Shown piece after piece: positions 50,210-63,611 of a stretch of 64,000 bases of DNA. Below the pieces are notes generated by a model. The model did not search any database. It had not been told where the DNA came from and was given only the letters and a program-made list of their open reading frames with translations. Source of the stretch: Leucoraja erinacea (taxonomy: Eukaryota); NCBI RefSeq assembly GCF_028641065.1, contig NC_073402.1, forward strand, positions 28,768,001-28,832,000, given 5' to 3'. The first letter of the stretch is position 1. The number at the start of each line of letters is the position of its first letter. The position numbers and the translations under genes are program-made.

Positions 50210-50590
50210 GAACGGAAGACCGTGACGCTGCAGCTTCCTGCCCGGGCCGGACTGATTAAAGTGCGGCACAGCCGAGCCGAGCCGGCATCGAGGTGGGCCA
50301 GGCCAGGCCGGGTCGGACCGCTGAGTGAGGAGCACACGGAGCTGGAGGGGGCAGAGAATTGTCACTGAAATAGAGAGTAAAGTCGAGAGTTTCAGCCCCG
50401 GGGAGAGAGGGAGAAGGAGAGAGGGAGGGAGAGATAGAGACAGAGACAGAGACAGAGACAGAGACAGAGACAGAGACAGCATCGTCTCCGCGGCTCACAG
50501 ACAAGGGCCGAGTCATCATAAAGAACCGTTTAAACGTCCAGTAGTTGTTTTTCCCGCGGGTTGAGGGGCGGAAGCGACGGAACCACCATC
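50210..50590 (+). promoter_or_regulatory. CpG-rich ZMPSTE24 promoter/5' UTR region with GC box and ETS-type motif, interrupted by a (GAGACA)n microsatellite
   Basis: CpG-dense stretch upstream of the ATG, with GGGGCGGAAG at 50565-50574 (overlapping Sp1-like and CGGAAG motifs) and (GAGACA)n at ~50430-50478. Confidence 0.55.
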
Positions 50591-50698
50591 ATGATCCAGG
50601 CCGTGGCGGAGTTAAACACCGAGAACCAGATCTTCTACTCGGTCCTCGTCTTCTCATGGGCCGTGTACATGTGGGAGGCCCACCTGGCCAAGCGGCAG
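50591..50698 (+). CDS. ZMPSTE24: CAAX prenyl protease 1 (ZMPSTE24/FACE1) exon 1
   Basis: MIQAVAELNTENQIFYSVLVFSWAVYMWEAHLAKRQ aligns with the recalled ZMPSTE24 N-terminus ([23 protein letters not shown]). The expected donor after RQ reads gggg rather than gt (see findings). Confidence 0.88.
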
Positions 50699-51290
50699 GG
50701 GGAGGGGAGGAAGGGAAGAGTGGCTGGGGGGAGGGGAGGGGGAAGGGAAGGGGAGAGTGGGAAGAAGGGGAGAGGAGGGGGTAAGGGGAAGGGGAGAGGG
50801 GGATGAGAGGAGGAGAGGGAGAGGGTAAGGAGAAGGGGAGGGGGAGGGGGAGAGAGGGCATAAGGGGTAGAGGGGAGGAAGCTGGGGCAACTTCAGGGAA
50901 GAGAGGAGGCCAGGTTGCAACTTCCTCTGATGTTAGGGGCAGCTGGAAACAATGTAAGGGGAGGGGGAGATAGCTTGGGGAAGAAGGAGGGAGAGAGGAC
51001 AAATACAAGGTAGGAGATGGGTAGTGGGGAGCGAGGTGTAAGGGGAGGGAAGGGAAGGGGGAGAGGTGTAAGAGGAAGGGTAGTGGAGGGGAAGGGGAAG
51101 ATGGGGAGGGAGAGAGGTGGAGGGGGTAAGGATAGATAGGGAAGGGGATAAAGTGGGGAAGGGTGGAGATAGGGAGAGGGGGATTAAGTGAGGGGGGTTG
51201 AAGGGAGGATGGGGAAGATGGGATAGGGGGTGTGAGGGGAGGGCATGGGGATAGGGGTAGGGAAAGGAAAGGAGGGGAAGGGAGTGTAGC
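50699..51290. repeat. Polypurine G-rich low-complexity tract at the start of ZMPSTE24 intron 1 (similar tracts at 23850-24170 and 35725-35810)
   Basis: Almost entirely G/A on the + strand. Confidence 0.9.
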
Positions 51291-53909
51291 TGGGGCAACT
51301 TCAGTGGGAGATTCCCCACCTTGCACCGTGAGGCCAGGCGACTGTTGCAACTTCCTCTGATGTTAAAAAAAAAATCCCCTCAATGCAACAATGTATCGAG
51401 CAGCTGGAAACAATGTAACGGACAGATTGTAACAGATTGTAACAAAAAGGAGATAGGTTGCATCACCCAATGTGTGCACTTTTGCTGCCTGACCCGCTGA
51501 GTTACTCCAGCATTTTGTGTCTACCCGTATGTTTATATCTAATGCAATTTGAGAATTATCTTTTATTGTAAAATTATAGTCATGCAGCATGGACTGTGGC
51601 TGTGTTGTAAAATAAACACGAACGGTTTGCAAGAATGAATTAACTATATTGCATATTATTACGATAGATCTGCCCGAGAAGACCTGCTGGGCTGAATTAC
51701 TTAATTCTGTTCCTCAAATTTATGAATATATGACACTTCAAATAACTCGAGATAAAGGATGCGTCATACAGCAAGGAAACAGGCCTTTAGACCCAACTCA
51801 TCCAAGCTGCCCCATCTAAGCTAGTCCCACCTGCTCCAATTCAATTCAATTTAATTCAACTTTAATGTCATTGCACAAATACGAGTATGGGTACAATGAA
51901 ATGCAGTTTAGCGTCAGTCCGTAGTATAGTGCAATATAGAAATAAAAATAAAAATACAGAATAATCAAACAATAATCGAACAATGTGGACGGAGAGACTG
52001 GAGAAGTCCATCGGCGGGACTCCGAGTTCAGCTATGTGATGGTATTATTGTAGAAGCTGTTCCTCATCCTACTGGTACGAGACCTGAGGCTCCTGTACCG
52101 CCTCCCTGAAGGGGGGAGGGCAAACAGTCCAGTTTGGCCCATATCCTGCTAAACCTTTTCCTATCCATGTATCTGTGCAAATTGTATTTTTAAATGTTGT
52201 TATAGTACGTGAGAAGTCTAAAACCAGGGCTCCATCTTGGAAGAAGGAGTTGCATGATGTTTAGGTTTGAGCAGTGGGGAAACTCCTTTGTGCAGGGGAT
52301 GGTGAATCTAGAATTCTCTAATCCAGTGAGCTGTAGTGACTCATTATTTGAATCCATCCAAAATGGATTTCTGGATATGAATGATGGATAAAATTAATTA
52401 TTCTGTTCATTGATCACAATAATGATTCTAGGTAATAATTAAGAGATCTAAGGAGGAGGAATTTCTTTTGCCAGATGGTGGTGAATCTGTGGAATTCCTT
52501 GACACAGACGGCTGTGGAGGCCAAGTCAATGGATAGTTTTAAGGTGGAGATTGTTAGATTATTAGTAATGGGCATCGAAGGTTATGGGGAGAAGGCAGGA
52601 GAATGGGGTTGAGAGGGAAAGAAGGATTAGCCATGATCGAGGATGGAGTAGTCTCGATGGATCGAATGGCCTATTTCTACACCTACATCTTACGGTGGAC
52701 AATACAGGAAGATGCTGTTGAAATAAAAGATGTGTAGGAATGAACTGCAGATGCTGGTTTAAATTGAAGATGGACACAAAATGCTGGAGTAACTCAGCGG
52801 GACAGGCAGCATCTCTGGAGAGAAGGGATGGGTGATGTTTTGAATCGAGATCCTACCGACTGAAATAGAAGATGTTTAAGAAAGAACTGCAGATGCTGGT
52901 AAAATCAAAGGTAGACACAAAATGCTGGGGAAACTCAGCGGGTGAGGCAGCATCTATGGAGAGAAGGAATTGGCGACGTTTCGGGTCGAGGCTCTTCTTC
53001 AGACCAATAGAAGATCTTGATGACTGATGGAGTGGACCTTGAGGGCCAGAGGATTTCCTCCTTTTCCTTATGGTTTTGTTTTGGACACCGTCCGATTAAC
53101 ATCATGACTGATCTTGTCTCTTTGTTCACAGCTTTGCTTGTCCCCACCTCCCCCCCACCCCCCTTTGTGACCCTAATGAGGGTATGAGATTTGACGCATT
53201 CCCCAGGATTTTGTGAATGAGTATGGATTTGACGAGCGAAATTCCAGTCGGTTGATGTGAGGTTTTGAGGAACTGCAGAACGTTCCACAATTAAAATCTG
53301 ATAATGTTTTAACAAGTCGATTGGGTCATTTTGTTCAGTTTGTGTCAAAAAATGTAATCTCTTTGCATAAAATTGTCCCCCTCTTAAAAAGTGAATAGTT
53401 GAGAATGTTTTTACTGGTGGGTGAGTCTGGGACCAGAGGGCACAGCCTTGGAATAAAAGGACATGCCTTTAGAATGGAGATGAGCAAGAAATTCTTTAAC
53501 CAGAGGCTGGTGAAACTGTGCAATTCGTTGCCGCAGATGGCTGTGGAGCCCAAGTCAATGGATATTTTTAAAGCAGAGATCACTAGGGGAGAAGGCAGGT
53601 GAATGGGGTTGAGTTAGTAAAATAGATCAACCATGATCAAATGGTGGAGCAGACTTGATGAGCCAAATGGCCTAATTCGGCTCCTGTGCCTTATAGGTAC
53701 CAGTCTGAAGAAGGGTCTCGACCCAAAACGTCGCCCATTCCTTCCCTCCAGAGATGCTGCCTGTCCCGCTGAGTTACCTCAGCATTTTGTGTCTACCTTG
53801 TGTCTCGTGGGATCTCCACATCATCGCAAGTTACTGGGGATGGGGAGGATTAGGATTGTAGTAGGGATAGAGTACTTCTTGTAAAGATGTTTGTATTCCT
53901 ATCATTTAG

Positions 53910-54056
53910 CGCAAGACCTACAGAAACACGACACTGGTCCCCGAGGAGCTGGGCATGATCATGGACTCTGAAACATTTGAGAAGTCTCGTCTCTACCAGC
54001 TGGATAAAAGTACCTTTGGATTCTGGTCCGGCCTTTACTCTGAAGCTGAGGGAACG
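53910..54056 (+). CDS. ZMPSTE24: ZMPSTE24 exon 2 (147 nt)
   Basis: tttag|CGC...ACG|gtgagt; translates to [49 protein letters not shown]. Confidence 0.96.
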
Positions 54057-54169
54057 GTGAGTAGTGATCATAGACTCATGCAGCACGGACACCAGGCAGG
54101 CCCTTCAGCCTGACTTGCCCATGCTGACCAACATTCCCCATCTACACTAGTCCCACCTGCCTGTGACTT

Positions 54170-54722
54170 TCATCATTGTTCAACTTCTGTCAAGGAGAAG
54201 CTAGACCCTCGTTAGACCTCATTGGGACTACGCAGTTGCAGCATGGGACCCACACACAAATAAAAACATTTCTTCCATCGAACGTGTCCAAAGTCAGGCA
54301 GCTCGATTTGTTACTAACACCTATGAGGAGAGAAGCGAGTGTCACCAAACTTCTGAATTCTCTGGGGTGGGAACCCTCTCCAAGACAGACGTGAAGCTCA
54401 CCGTTTTACAAAATGTTAAATGGTCAGCTCGACATAGACTACAAGACCTACACCAAACCCAAACCAATTAGGAGCAGGCAAGGGCAATCGATCCAATTTG
54501 TGATCCCAGCTACAAAGACAGATGTGTACAGCAATTTGTTCTTCCCCCGCACAATTAAAGCATGGAATAATCTCCACCCAACTATAGTTACCCAACCAGA
54601 TGCAACTAAATTTAAAGTAGCTCTTTCTTCCTAATAACCCTTTCTGGCTTAAGCCCTCCCTTCACCACCTCCAGTTTAAATTCCAGTTGGAATATTTTGG
54701 AGGACCAAGAAACCAGCCAAGA
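54170..54722 (+). mobile_element. Divergent CR1-group LINE 3' fragment (frameshifted RT C-terminus) in ZMPSTE24 intron 2
   Basis: Across frames: TLVRPHWDYAVAAWDPHTNKNISSIERVQSQAARFVTNTYE / REASVTKLLNSLGWEP / TDVYSNLFFPRTIKAWNNL. Confidence 0.75.
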
Positions 54723-56064
54723 CTGGCCCATATAGAAACATAGAAATTAGGTGCAGAAGTAGGCCATTCGGCCCTTCGAGCCTGCACCGCCATTCAATAT
54801 GATCTTGGCTGATCATCCAACTCAGTATCCCGTACCTGCCTTCTCTCCATAACCCTCTGATCCCCTTAGCCACAAGGGCCACATCTAACTCCCTCTTAAA
54901 TATAGCCAATGAACTGGCCTCGACTACCCTCTGTGGCAGAGAGTTCCAGAGATTCACCACTCTCTGTGTGAAAAAAGTTCTTCTCATCTCGGTTTTAAAG
55001 GATTTCCCCCTTATCCTTAAGCTGTGACCCCTTGTCCTGGACTTCCCCAACATGGGGAGCAACCTTTCCTATCTATGTACCGGCCTAAATGGGGTCGAGG
55101 AAAGAGTGTTCACATACGCGGCCCTGTTTTCACTAATCTTCCCACCACCATGCACATGAAGCACAAGACAGACACCATTGTGTGCAGATGCCGAGACATG
55201 CGTCCAGCTCTGGCTGAACATCTTCTAATCTTGTGTGTGTGTGTGTGGACTCGACAAGAAGGAAACCTGCCTAAATGGCATTTGAAACTTGTGATAGTAC
55301 CTGCCTCAACTACCACCTCATTCTATAGATCGCTCCATATACCCGCTGTTTGGGGGGGAAAAAAACTTGCCCCTCGAGTTACTCGTAATTCTTTCCCCTC
55401 TCCCCTTAAGCCTATGCCATCTAGTTCTTGAATCCCCTACTCTGGGGGTGGGGGAAATACTCTGCGTTCCCTCTATCTATTCGCCTCATGATGTCTTGTT
55501 TAAGAAGGAACTGCAGATGATGGAAAATCGAAGGTAGACAAAAGTGCTGGAGAAACTCAGCGGGTGCAGCAGCATCTATGGAGCGAAGGAAATAGGCAAC
55601 GTTTCGGGCCGAAACCCTTTCTCTTTTNNNNNNNNNNNNNNNNNNNNNNNNNNNNNNNNNNNNNNNNNNNNNNNNNNNNNNNNNNNNNNNNNNNNNNNNN
55701 NNNNNNNNNNNNNNNNNNNNNNNNNNNNNNNNNNNNNNNNNNNNNNNNNNNNNNNNNNNNNNNNNNNNNNNNNNNNNNNNNNNNNNNNNNNNNNNNNNNN
55801 NNNNNNNNNNNNNNNNNNNNNNNNNNNNNNNNNTTTATATATACAAGTTCTCTTTTAAACAAACTATATTTACATAGAGGCCGGGCGGTCGATACTCAGT
55901 GTATTTTGACACTGGACTCGTATTTAGGTTATACTTGTTATTAATGTAATCCTGATCCTATGTATCAATATCATTGTTATCTTTATCATTATATTTTTGT
56001 TTTTGAAAAAAACGAATAAAAAGATTTTAAAAGGAAGGTTTTAATTTATTTGCTGTCTTTGCAG

Positions 56065-56151
56065 CTTATTCTGTTGTTGGGAGGAATTCCCTTTCTCTGG
56101 AACGTGTCTGGAAATCTCACTGGACGTTTTGGGCTGGGATCAGAGTACGAG
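56065..56151 (+). CDS. ZMPSTE24: ZMPSTE24 exon 3 (87 nt)
   Basis: ttgcag|CTT...GAG|gtgagt; translates to LILLLGGIPFLWNVSGNLTGRFGLGSEYE. Confidence 0.95.
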
Positions 56152-57960
56152 GTGAGTGTTCCTTGGCAGATCCATTTCCTGATGAATCCAGCTGAGGGAA
56201 ATTAAATTCACACACGCATTTTGTGCCTAATTTATGTCGTATGGATTGAATTGGGATTTGAATGATGGATTGGACTATTTTGGTGATAATAACACTTTGG
56301 TCAATTTTACGGTCTAGCTTCAAGACCCTGAATGGAATTGGTAATTAGTTAAACGGGTCTGTATCAAAAACTTGGCACAATCAAGGACGAGTCGCATCCT
56401 GGCCACTCCCTCTTCTCCCCTTTCCCTTGGGACAAAAGGAAGAGAAGTGTGAAAACGCACACCTCCAGATTCTTCCCAACTAAACCATCGACCACAACTA
56501 AAGAGCAGCCTTGAACTGCTATCCAGCTAATTTGGAGACCCTCTGACTATCTTTGATTGGACTCTGTGTTTAAGAAGGAACTGCAGATGCTGGAAAATCG
56601 AAGGTAGACAAAAATGCTGGAGAAACTCGGCGGGTGCAGCTGCATCTATGGAGCGAAGGAAATAGACAACGTTTCGGGCCGAAACCCTTCAGGTGGGAAA
56701 TAGGTAACGTTTCGGGCCGAAACCCAAGGGGTTTCGTCCCGAAACGTTGCCTATTTCCTTCGCTCCATAGATGCTGCCTCACCCGTTGAGTTTCCCCAGC
56801 ATTTTTGTCTACCTTTGGTTAGAATCTATTGGCTTTACCTTGCACTAAATGTTATTCCCTTGTCACGTGAGTGGCTCGATTGTAATCATGTATTGTCTTT
56901 CCGCTGACTGGTTAGCACGCAACAAAAGCTTTTCACTGGACCTCAGTACACGTGACAATAAACTGAACTCAACTTTGTTTCAAGCAGTGTCGCTCACTTT
57001 CCCCCTCTCCTACTCGGCAAGCTTTGAATGCCCAGTTTAATCTCCATTGCGATCTTTTAGCAGTGGCTTTTGAAAGCAGGTGTGTCAAGTACGGAGAATG
57101 TGATGGTAGAATATGGTTGGAACAATGTTATGTTTTAATCCATGGGTTTATGAGGCGATGAGACATCAGCAGGTGCAAAGCCTGAGCCCGGGCTGTCTCT
57201 ATACGGGGCTTTATTCAATAAACCCTCAGTAGTGCTGTCGTTATACAGGTGTTTTCTCTCTCTGTCTGTCTCTCTTTGTGTGTTGTGCATTATGGCAACT
57301 ACTTGAGCGGCTGCATTAATGGGCTGGAACTTACTGGAAAGTAAAGACATCGACAATACATGCATTCAAATTAAATTCAAGGGATTAGGGCACGGTGAGT
57401 TGTGACTCTACAGAACCTACTGACAGACCTAGCCCCTGCTTGTGTTTGCTTTGTACAAGCAGTATCTCAGATTCAGATTCAGATTCAATTTAATTGTCAT
57501 TGTCAGTGTACAGTACAGAGACAACGAAATGCATTTAGCATCTCCCTTGAAGAGCGACATAGCAAACGATTTGAATAAATAATAATAAGTGTCCGGGGGG
57601 GGTGGGGGTGGTGATTGGCAGTCACCGAGGTACGTTGTTGAGTAGAGTGACAACCGCCGGAAAGAAGCTGTTCCTCGACCTGCTGGTTTGGCAACGAGAG
57701 ACCTGTAGCGCCTCCCGGATGGTAGGAGGGTAAACAGTCCATGGTTGGGACTCTGTTTTTGGTCTCCCTTTTATAATTTGTAAGAACCGGCAAGTCAATT
57801 TTAAAAGCATTTTATAAGAACCTCCTGTTAACATGAGTTTGAGTTTAGTTTGTTGTCACGTGCTCTGAGGTACGTTGGGAAAACTTGTGTTGCCTGCTAA
57901 CCAGTCAGTGGAAAGACAATACAGGATTAATTCCCATAACAGAAAGTTGAAGCCGTAAAT

Positions 57961-58301
57961 CAGTGGTTCCCAACGTGGGGCAATTTGATTTTTAAGGGGG
58001 GCAACTGAGGTCTGGGTCTGGGCCCAAATTTTCGATTTTTATTTTTTTGGATTTTCCATCAGGTAAACATATGTAGTTTATGTTTCAGATGTTATTTTGA
58101 GTAAATCATTTTTTGGGGGTAAAAAGGGTCTTTATTGTGTAGTTATTACAACCAAGGTATTGGCGTTTTAAGCTTCTTCAGCTGAAACGGAGTTCACTTT
58201 TTAAATGATAAGAATTATATATCACCACATTGGGGTGGGGGGCATCAGGATTTTAGAGGTGATTAGGTGGGGCATGGCCAAAAAAAGGTTGGGAACCACT
58301 G
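57961..58301. mobile_element. Non-autonomous hAT (Charlie-type) DNA transposon in ZMPSTE24 intron 3
   Basis: 14-bp TIR CAGTGGTTCCCAAC / GTTGGGAACCACTG and a perfect 8-bp TSD CCGTAAAT (57953-57960, 58302-58309). Confidence 0.9.
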
Positions 58302-58679
58302 CCGTAAATGTTAATTTTAACAACTAGCTTGTGCTTTAAGGCAAATCTACTAACATCTGACAGAAGTTTATCCCATGTATAGATTGCTAGATTTAAAAAT
58401 GTAAATTACCGTTTTACAATTTTAACTTTTCTTTTCATTTGTCCTTTCCCCCTCGGTTCCCTCCTCCTGCAACACCCTCCTCTAGTGCCAAATACTCTTT
58501 CATATCTCTCAGTCCCCTCTCTCCTGACTCTCTATCTGAAGAAGAGTCTTGACCTGAAGCCTCACCTATTCCTTCTGTCCACAGATGCCGCCTGACCTGC
58601 TGAGTTAGTCCAACCTTTTGAGTCCATCTTCCCCACAAAATGAATGTTGAATTCTATTAATTTGCGACAATGTGAATGA

Positions 58680-59230
58680 ATGAATGAATGAAATGAATGA
58701 AAACTTTATTGTCATTCAGATATACACCTAGACACAGTGCACCTTGAACAAAATTTTGTTGCATTTGACTCTCCAAAATCAGGTAATAGTAAAAAGTGCT
58801 AGGTGCGTCCATAAAAATGCCTCGTGTGCATGGTTCTGTAAAATAAATATATATAAAAAGTTTTTAAAAAGTGTCGATGTTTAAAAAGTTCTAGCCTCGG
58901 TTTTGTTGATTGTTCTGTAATCTTATGGCCTGGGGGATGAAGCCGTTGCAGAACCTGGTTGTCCCGCTCTTCATGCTGCGGTACCTCCTCCCAGAGTTAA
59001 GCAGTATGAACAGTCCAAATTGTGGGTGTGTGGGGGCTCTGGCAATGCCCTTAGCTCTAATCAGACAGCGCTTGTACCCCATGTCCATGATGGAAGGAAG
59101 AGAAGTCCCAATGATTTTTTCCGCTGTCCTCACCACTCTCTGAAGGAACTTCCAGTCCGCAGCTGTACAGCTGCCGCACCACGCAGATATGCAGCTGGTC
59201 ATGCAATAGTTACTCAGCACATTCACCTTG
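58680..59230 (-). mobile_element. Rex1/Babar LINE 3' fragment
   Basis: CISAWCGSCTAADWKFLQRVVRTAEKIIGTSLPSI...HPQFGLFILLNSGRRYRS...FIPQAIRL, with an (ATTC)n tail. Confidence 0.85.
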
Positions 59231-60038
59231 TTCGTTCGTTCTTTCACTCGTGTACCAGGCGATGTCGCTCGCTGTTGGCTTCTGTCGCCGTCCAACATGT
59301 TGACAGGATTGTCGCCCGACACGTCACGAGTGCATCGTGTCGTAGCTTCCAGGGATCGCCACCAGGAGGCTTCTACCATGTTCACCTTGTGAGGGAGAGG
59401 GGTGCAGGAGGAAGCAGTTTGAACTGCGTAAATGTGTTGTTTTAGTTCATAAAACGTTGAGATCGTTCCATTAACTAATACACTTGGTGCGTTTTATTAC
59501 TTGGTCTTTCCAATAGCATCCCTTGGTGTTTTACTTTTGTTTTGCAGTGCTGCATTGCTGTCCGTTGCCTCTAGATGCTCCATGGGACAGAGTTGGGTTT
59601 GGTCTGTGGGGTCTGAGCTAGTTTAGGGTCTGAGACGCGGGTGACTTAGCAAGGGGCTTCGACGAGATGAGAGAGGGGCCAGGAATCCCAGCAGCGATGA
59701 GGATGTGGACATGGGACATGTCGGCCGGTGTGGGAGCAGGTCAGACAATCTGACCCGTTGCAGCTCGGGCTGGAACCTGTGGATTCTGCAGCCTCCGTGA
59801 AGCTGTGGTTCCTTTTCTGGACTGTCAGAAAGCCTTCAGGCCAGCTCTTGGGACCTGAACCTGAGGATTGATGCTGGCTTCCGTGAAACTGTGGATCTGC
59901 AAGCCTGCGTTCTGTGGCTCGGGCTATCTGGGAATTCTCATGTCAGAAATGCTTCCTCCCTTGAGGATGGTCAGGATTGCAACTGGTTTGTTTTGTATTT
60001 AATAGAAAACTTTTCTTCTTGTTCTCGGCTGTTTACAG

Positions 60039-60155
60039 ATAACTCAGTCGCTGTCGTTCTTATTCCTGGCGACCTTGTTCAGTGCCATCACCGGCCTGCC
60101 CTGGAGCATCTACAACACCTTCATCATTGAGGAGAAACACGGTTTCAACCAACAG
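60039..60155 (+). CDS. ZMPSTE24: ZMPSTE24 exon 4 (117 nt)
   Basis: ttacag|ATA...CAG|gtcggt; translates to [39 protein letters not shown]. Confidence 0.96.
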
Positions 60156-61794
60156 GTCGGTCGCTTCCCGCTAAAGTCTGCTCCGAATGTTGTTAGATTG
60201 TAGTGTGGCACCTATGAACTATGTTGTCAATTGTAACATTTTGGAACGGGCGCCATTTCGGGTTGGAACCTATCTTCGGTCTGAAGGAATTCCTCCTCGT
60301 CTCCATTCTAAAAGGTTCCATTCAGTCTGAAGGGCCCTGACCCGAAACGTCGCCTATTCCTATCCTCCAGGGACACTGCCTGTCCCACTGAGTTACTCTA
60401 GCATTCTGTGTCTTATCTTTAGTGGGAACAGTGCCTTCGGCCCAGTGTGTCCACACCGACCGACATGTCCCATGTGCACTAGTCCCATCTGCCCGTATTT
60501 CGACCGTATCCCCCTAAATCACAGTGAGGAGGATCCACTGTGATGGATGTGTGTGTAAATTGTGTTAAGTGTGTGTCTTGGTTTTTTTTAATATAATGTC
60601 ATGACTGCAGGAATGAAATTTTGTTCAAACCTTGTCTGTTTGAATGACAATAAAAGACATTCTATTCTATTCTAATCCTATTCAAGTGCCTGTCTAAATG
60701 TTTCTAACATGTTGTAATTGTACCTGCCACAACTACCTCCTCCGGCAGCTCATTCCGTACAACCTTGAGTTTTTGAGTTCCCTCGGGTTCCTATTAAACC
60801 TTTCCCCGCTCGCCTTAAATCAATGTCCTCTGGTTCTTGATTCCCCTACTCTGGGCAAAAGACTCTGTGTGTTTACCCGATCTATTCATGATTTTGTACA
60901 CCTCTATAAGATCATCCTTCATCCTCCTGTGCTCCAAGGAATAGAGTCCTAACCTGCCTCAACCTCTCCCTATAGCTCAGAGGTAGACAAAAATGCTAGA
61001 GAAACTCAGCGGGTGAGGCAGCATCTATGGAGCGAAGGAATAGGTGGCGTTTCGGGTCTCGAGACCCATTCCTTCTCTCCACAGATGCCGCCTCACCCGC
61101 GGAGTTTCTCCAGCATTTTGTGTTGCCTCCGATTTTGTCCAGCATCTGCAGCTCTTTCTCACACAATAACTAATGTGCTTTTTGCACAGTGGATGTGCTC
61201 TACTCGTTTCACAGGTGTGTTGTCAAGCAAATTTGACTTTAAGCCATCTAAGCAACTTGTAGAACAGTCGGATATGTCTCGGCAAAGTAGCATTTCCAAG
61301 AGCAATTTAAAGAATGAGAAACCGTGTGTGGGATGGACATAGGGAGGGTTTTCCTGTATTTGGACCCAAGACACTGAAAGCATTCATTCCCAACGAGTTG
61401 TCATTAATACAGCGCCAGAGACCCGGGTGCGATCCTGACCTCGGGTTCTGTCTGTGTGGAGTTTGCACGTCCCTTCCGTGACTGTGTGAGTTTTCCACCC
61501 ACATCTAAAAGGCACGCAGGTTTGTAGGTTAATTGTCCCTCTGTAAATTGTCCTTGCTGCGTAGGGAGTGGATGTGAAAGTTGGATAACATAGCTCTGGT
61601 GAGAACGGGTGGTCAGAGCTCACTCGGTGGGCCGAAGGGCCTGTTTCCAAGCTCTATCTCTGAACTGAACTAATGCTGTTGAAGAGAGGTGTTAATACAT
61701 TCATTTGTGTACAAGCAAATGTTACTGTAGCTGCTGTAGACATTGTGTTTTGCGTCTCGGCTGGGTAGTAACAGGCTGCCTTTAATTTCCGCAG

Positions 61795-61947
61795 ACTTTA
61801 GGTTTCTTCTTCAAAGACGCCGTGAAGAAATTTGCTGTAACTCAGTGCATTTTGCTGCCCGTCACCTCACTGCTGTTGTACATTATTAAAATCGGTGGAG
61901 ATTATTTTTTCATCTATGCTTGGCTTTTCACATTAATTGTTTCTCTG
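61795..61947 (+). CDS. ZMPSTE24: ZMPSTE24 exon 5 (153 nt); the gene continues beyond the window
   Basis: ccgcag|ACT...CTG|gtaagt; translates to [51 protein letters not shown]. Confidence 0.96.
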
Positions 61948-62377
61948 GTAAGTACAGTTATACTTTCCTTGTTTTAAATTCTGCCTTTCTTCACTTTCTA
62001 GTTTAAAGTTGTTTGTGCTTTACACTCCCAAAGTTTACAGCTTCATGTAATTTTATTTGAAAGGGAATCTGCGGGGTAACATTTTCATACAATAGGTGGT
62101 GGGTGCATGGAACAAGCTGCCAGAGGAGTTTGTTGAGGCTGGGACTATCCCAAAGTTTAAGTAATAGTCGGACATGTACATGGATAGGTGGGAGGTGGGA
62201 CTAGTGTAGCTGGCAGGTGGGACGAGTTTCTTCCTCGTGTCCGGCCACCTTCTATATCACGTCTTTCCAGTGGTTGGAGCAAGCAAGCGCAGCGGCATTT
62301 GGTTCGGCCAGGTCATCTTCGCTACATTGTGGAACTTGGCTACATCTCATGATGTGTTCCATGGTTTGGGATTTGCC

Positions 62378-62684
62378 ACACGCACGCGTGCGCACACACA
62401 CACACGCCACACACACGCCACACACAAACACACACACGCGCACACGCGCCGCACACACACACACACAAGCGCACGCACACACGCACACGCACACACACAC
62501 ACACACACACACGCACGCGCCACACACAAACACACACACGACACACACACACGCGCCACACACAAACACACACAGCGACGCACACACACACACACACACG
62601 CACACATAGCGTGCACACACAGCAGACACACACACAGCGCACACATGCGCACACACACACAGCGCCACACATGCACACACACAC

Positions 62685-62717
<33 letters not shown>

Positions 62718-62785
62718 TGCGCGCACACACACGCACACGCGCGCACACACACACACACACAGCGACACGCGCACACACCCACACG
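62378..62785. repeat. (CA)/(CG)-rich microsatellite adjoining an assembly gap
   Basis: Read directly from the sequence. Confidence 0.95.
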
Positions 62786-63611
62786 NNNNNNNNNNNNNNN
62801 NNNNNNNNNNNNNNNNNNNNNNNNNNNNNNNNNNNNNNNNNNNNNNNNNNNNNNNNNNNNNNNNNNNNNNNNNNNNNNNNNNNNNNNNNNNNNNNNNNNN
62901 NNNNNNNNNNNNNNNNNNNNNNNNNNNNNNNNNNNNNNNNNNNNNNNNNNNNNNNGATCCGCAGGCGGTTCAGTGTTTTCCAGACAGCCCAAGGTTGATT
63001 AATCCCGGCGCATCCCAGGCCATGTTGACGACAGACACTGTACCACAGTGACTGACTGAAGTAGCCAATTCTGCAACCACCGACCATCAACGACAGTCAC
63101 GTTTTTCCCTGCGAGCCACAATGCCGGCATTAGTGGTGGGACTAGTGTGGCTGGTCCTCTTTGGGCCGAAGGGCCTCTTTCCATGCTGTATGACTACTAT
63201 TAGTTCCTTTTTGGGGGTTTTCTTGAAGATTTTGTCAGAAAACTTTTATTCCAATGTTGCAGTGATGTAGTTATTATCTGTATGTGAATGAGGTGGAATC
63301 TAAAATGAAATCATATAAACTATGGCTTTTGTTCTTTGGCAGTATTGCTGTTTGTACAGCGCTGTTTGTTGTCACTGACTTGTGACCATTCCCAGAATAT
63401 TGGCAATCTATGAAAGAATGTTGTTGTTTGTATGGTTTGGTCAGGTCACACAGTTTACATGTAAGTTCATGAAAGTGAAGCATTTGCCCAGATTCAGGAG
63501 ACGGATGGGCTTAGTTGCCGATCGTCCCAGCAACAGAACAGTGAAAGTCTTGCTACCTACAGGGTGTATAGACCCATTGATGCAACAGCCCACACTTACA
63601 AAAACAAGTAA

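Noticed and set aside
50589-51350. 253-aa Pro/Ser/Leu-rich minus-strand ORF
   Set aside because: Antisense reading of a polypurine low-complexity tract in ZMPSTE24 intron 1.
62217-63090. Several long ORFs on both strands
   Set aside because: They span a (CA)n microsatellite and an N gap.
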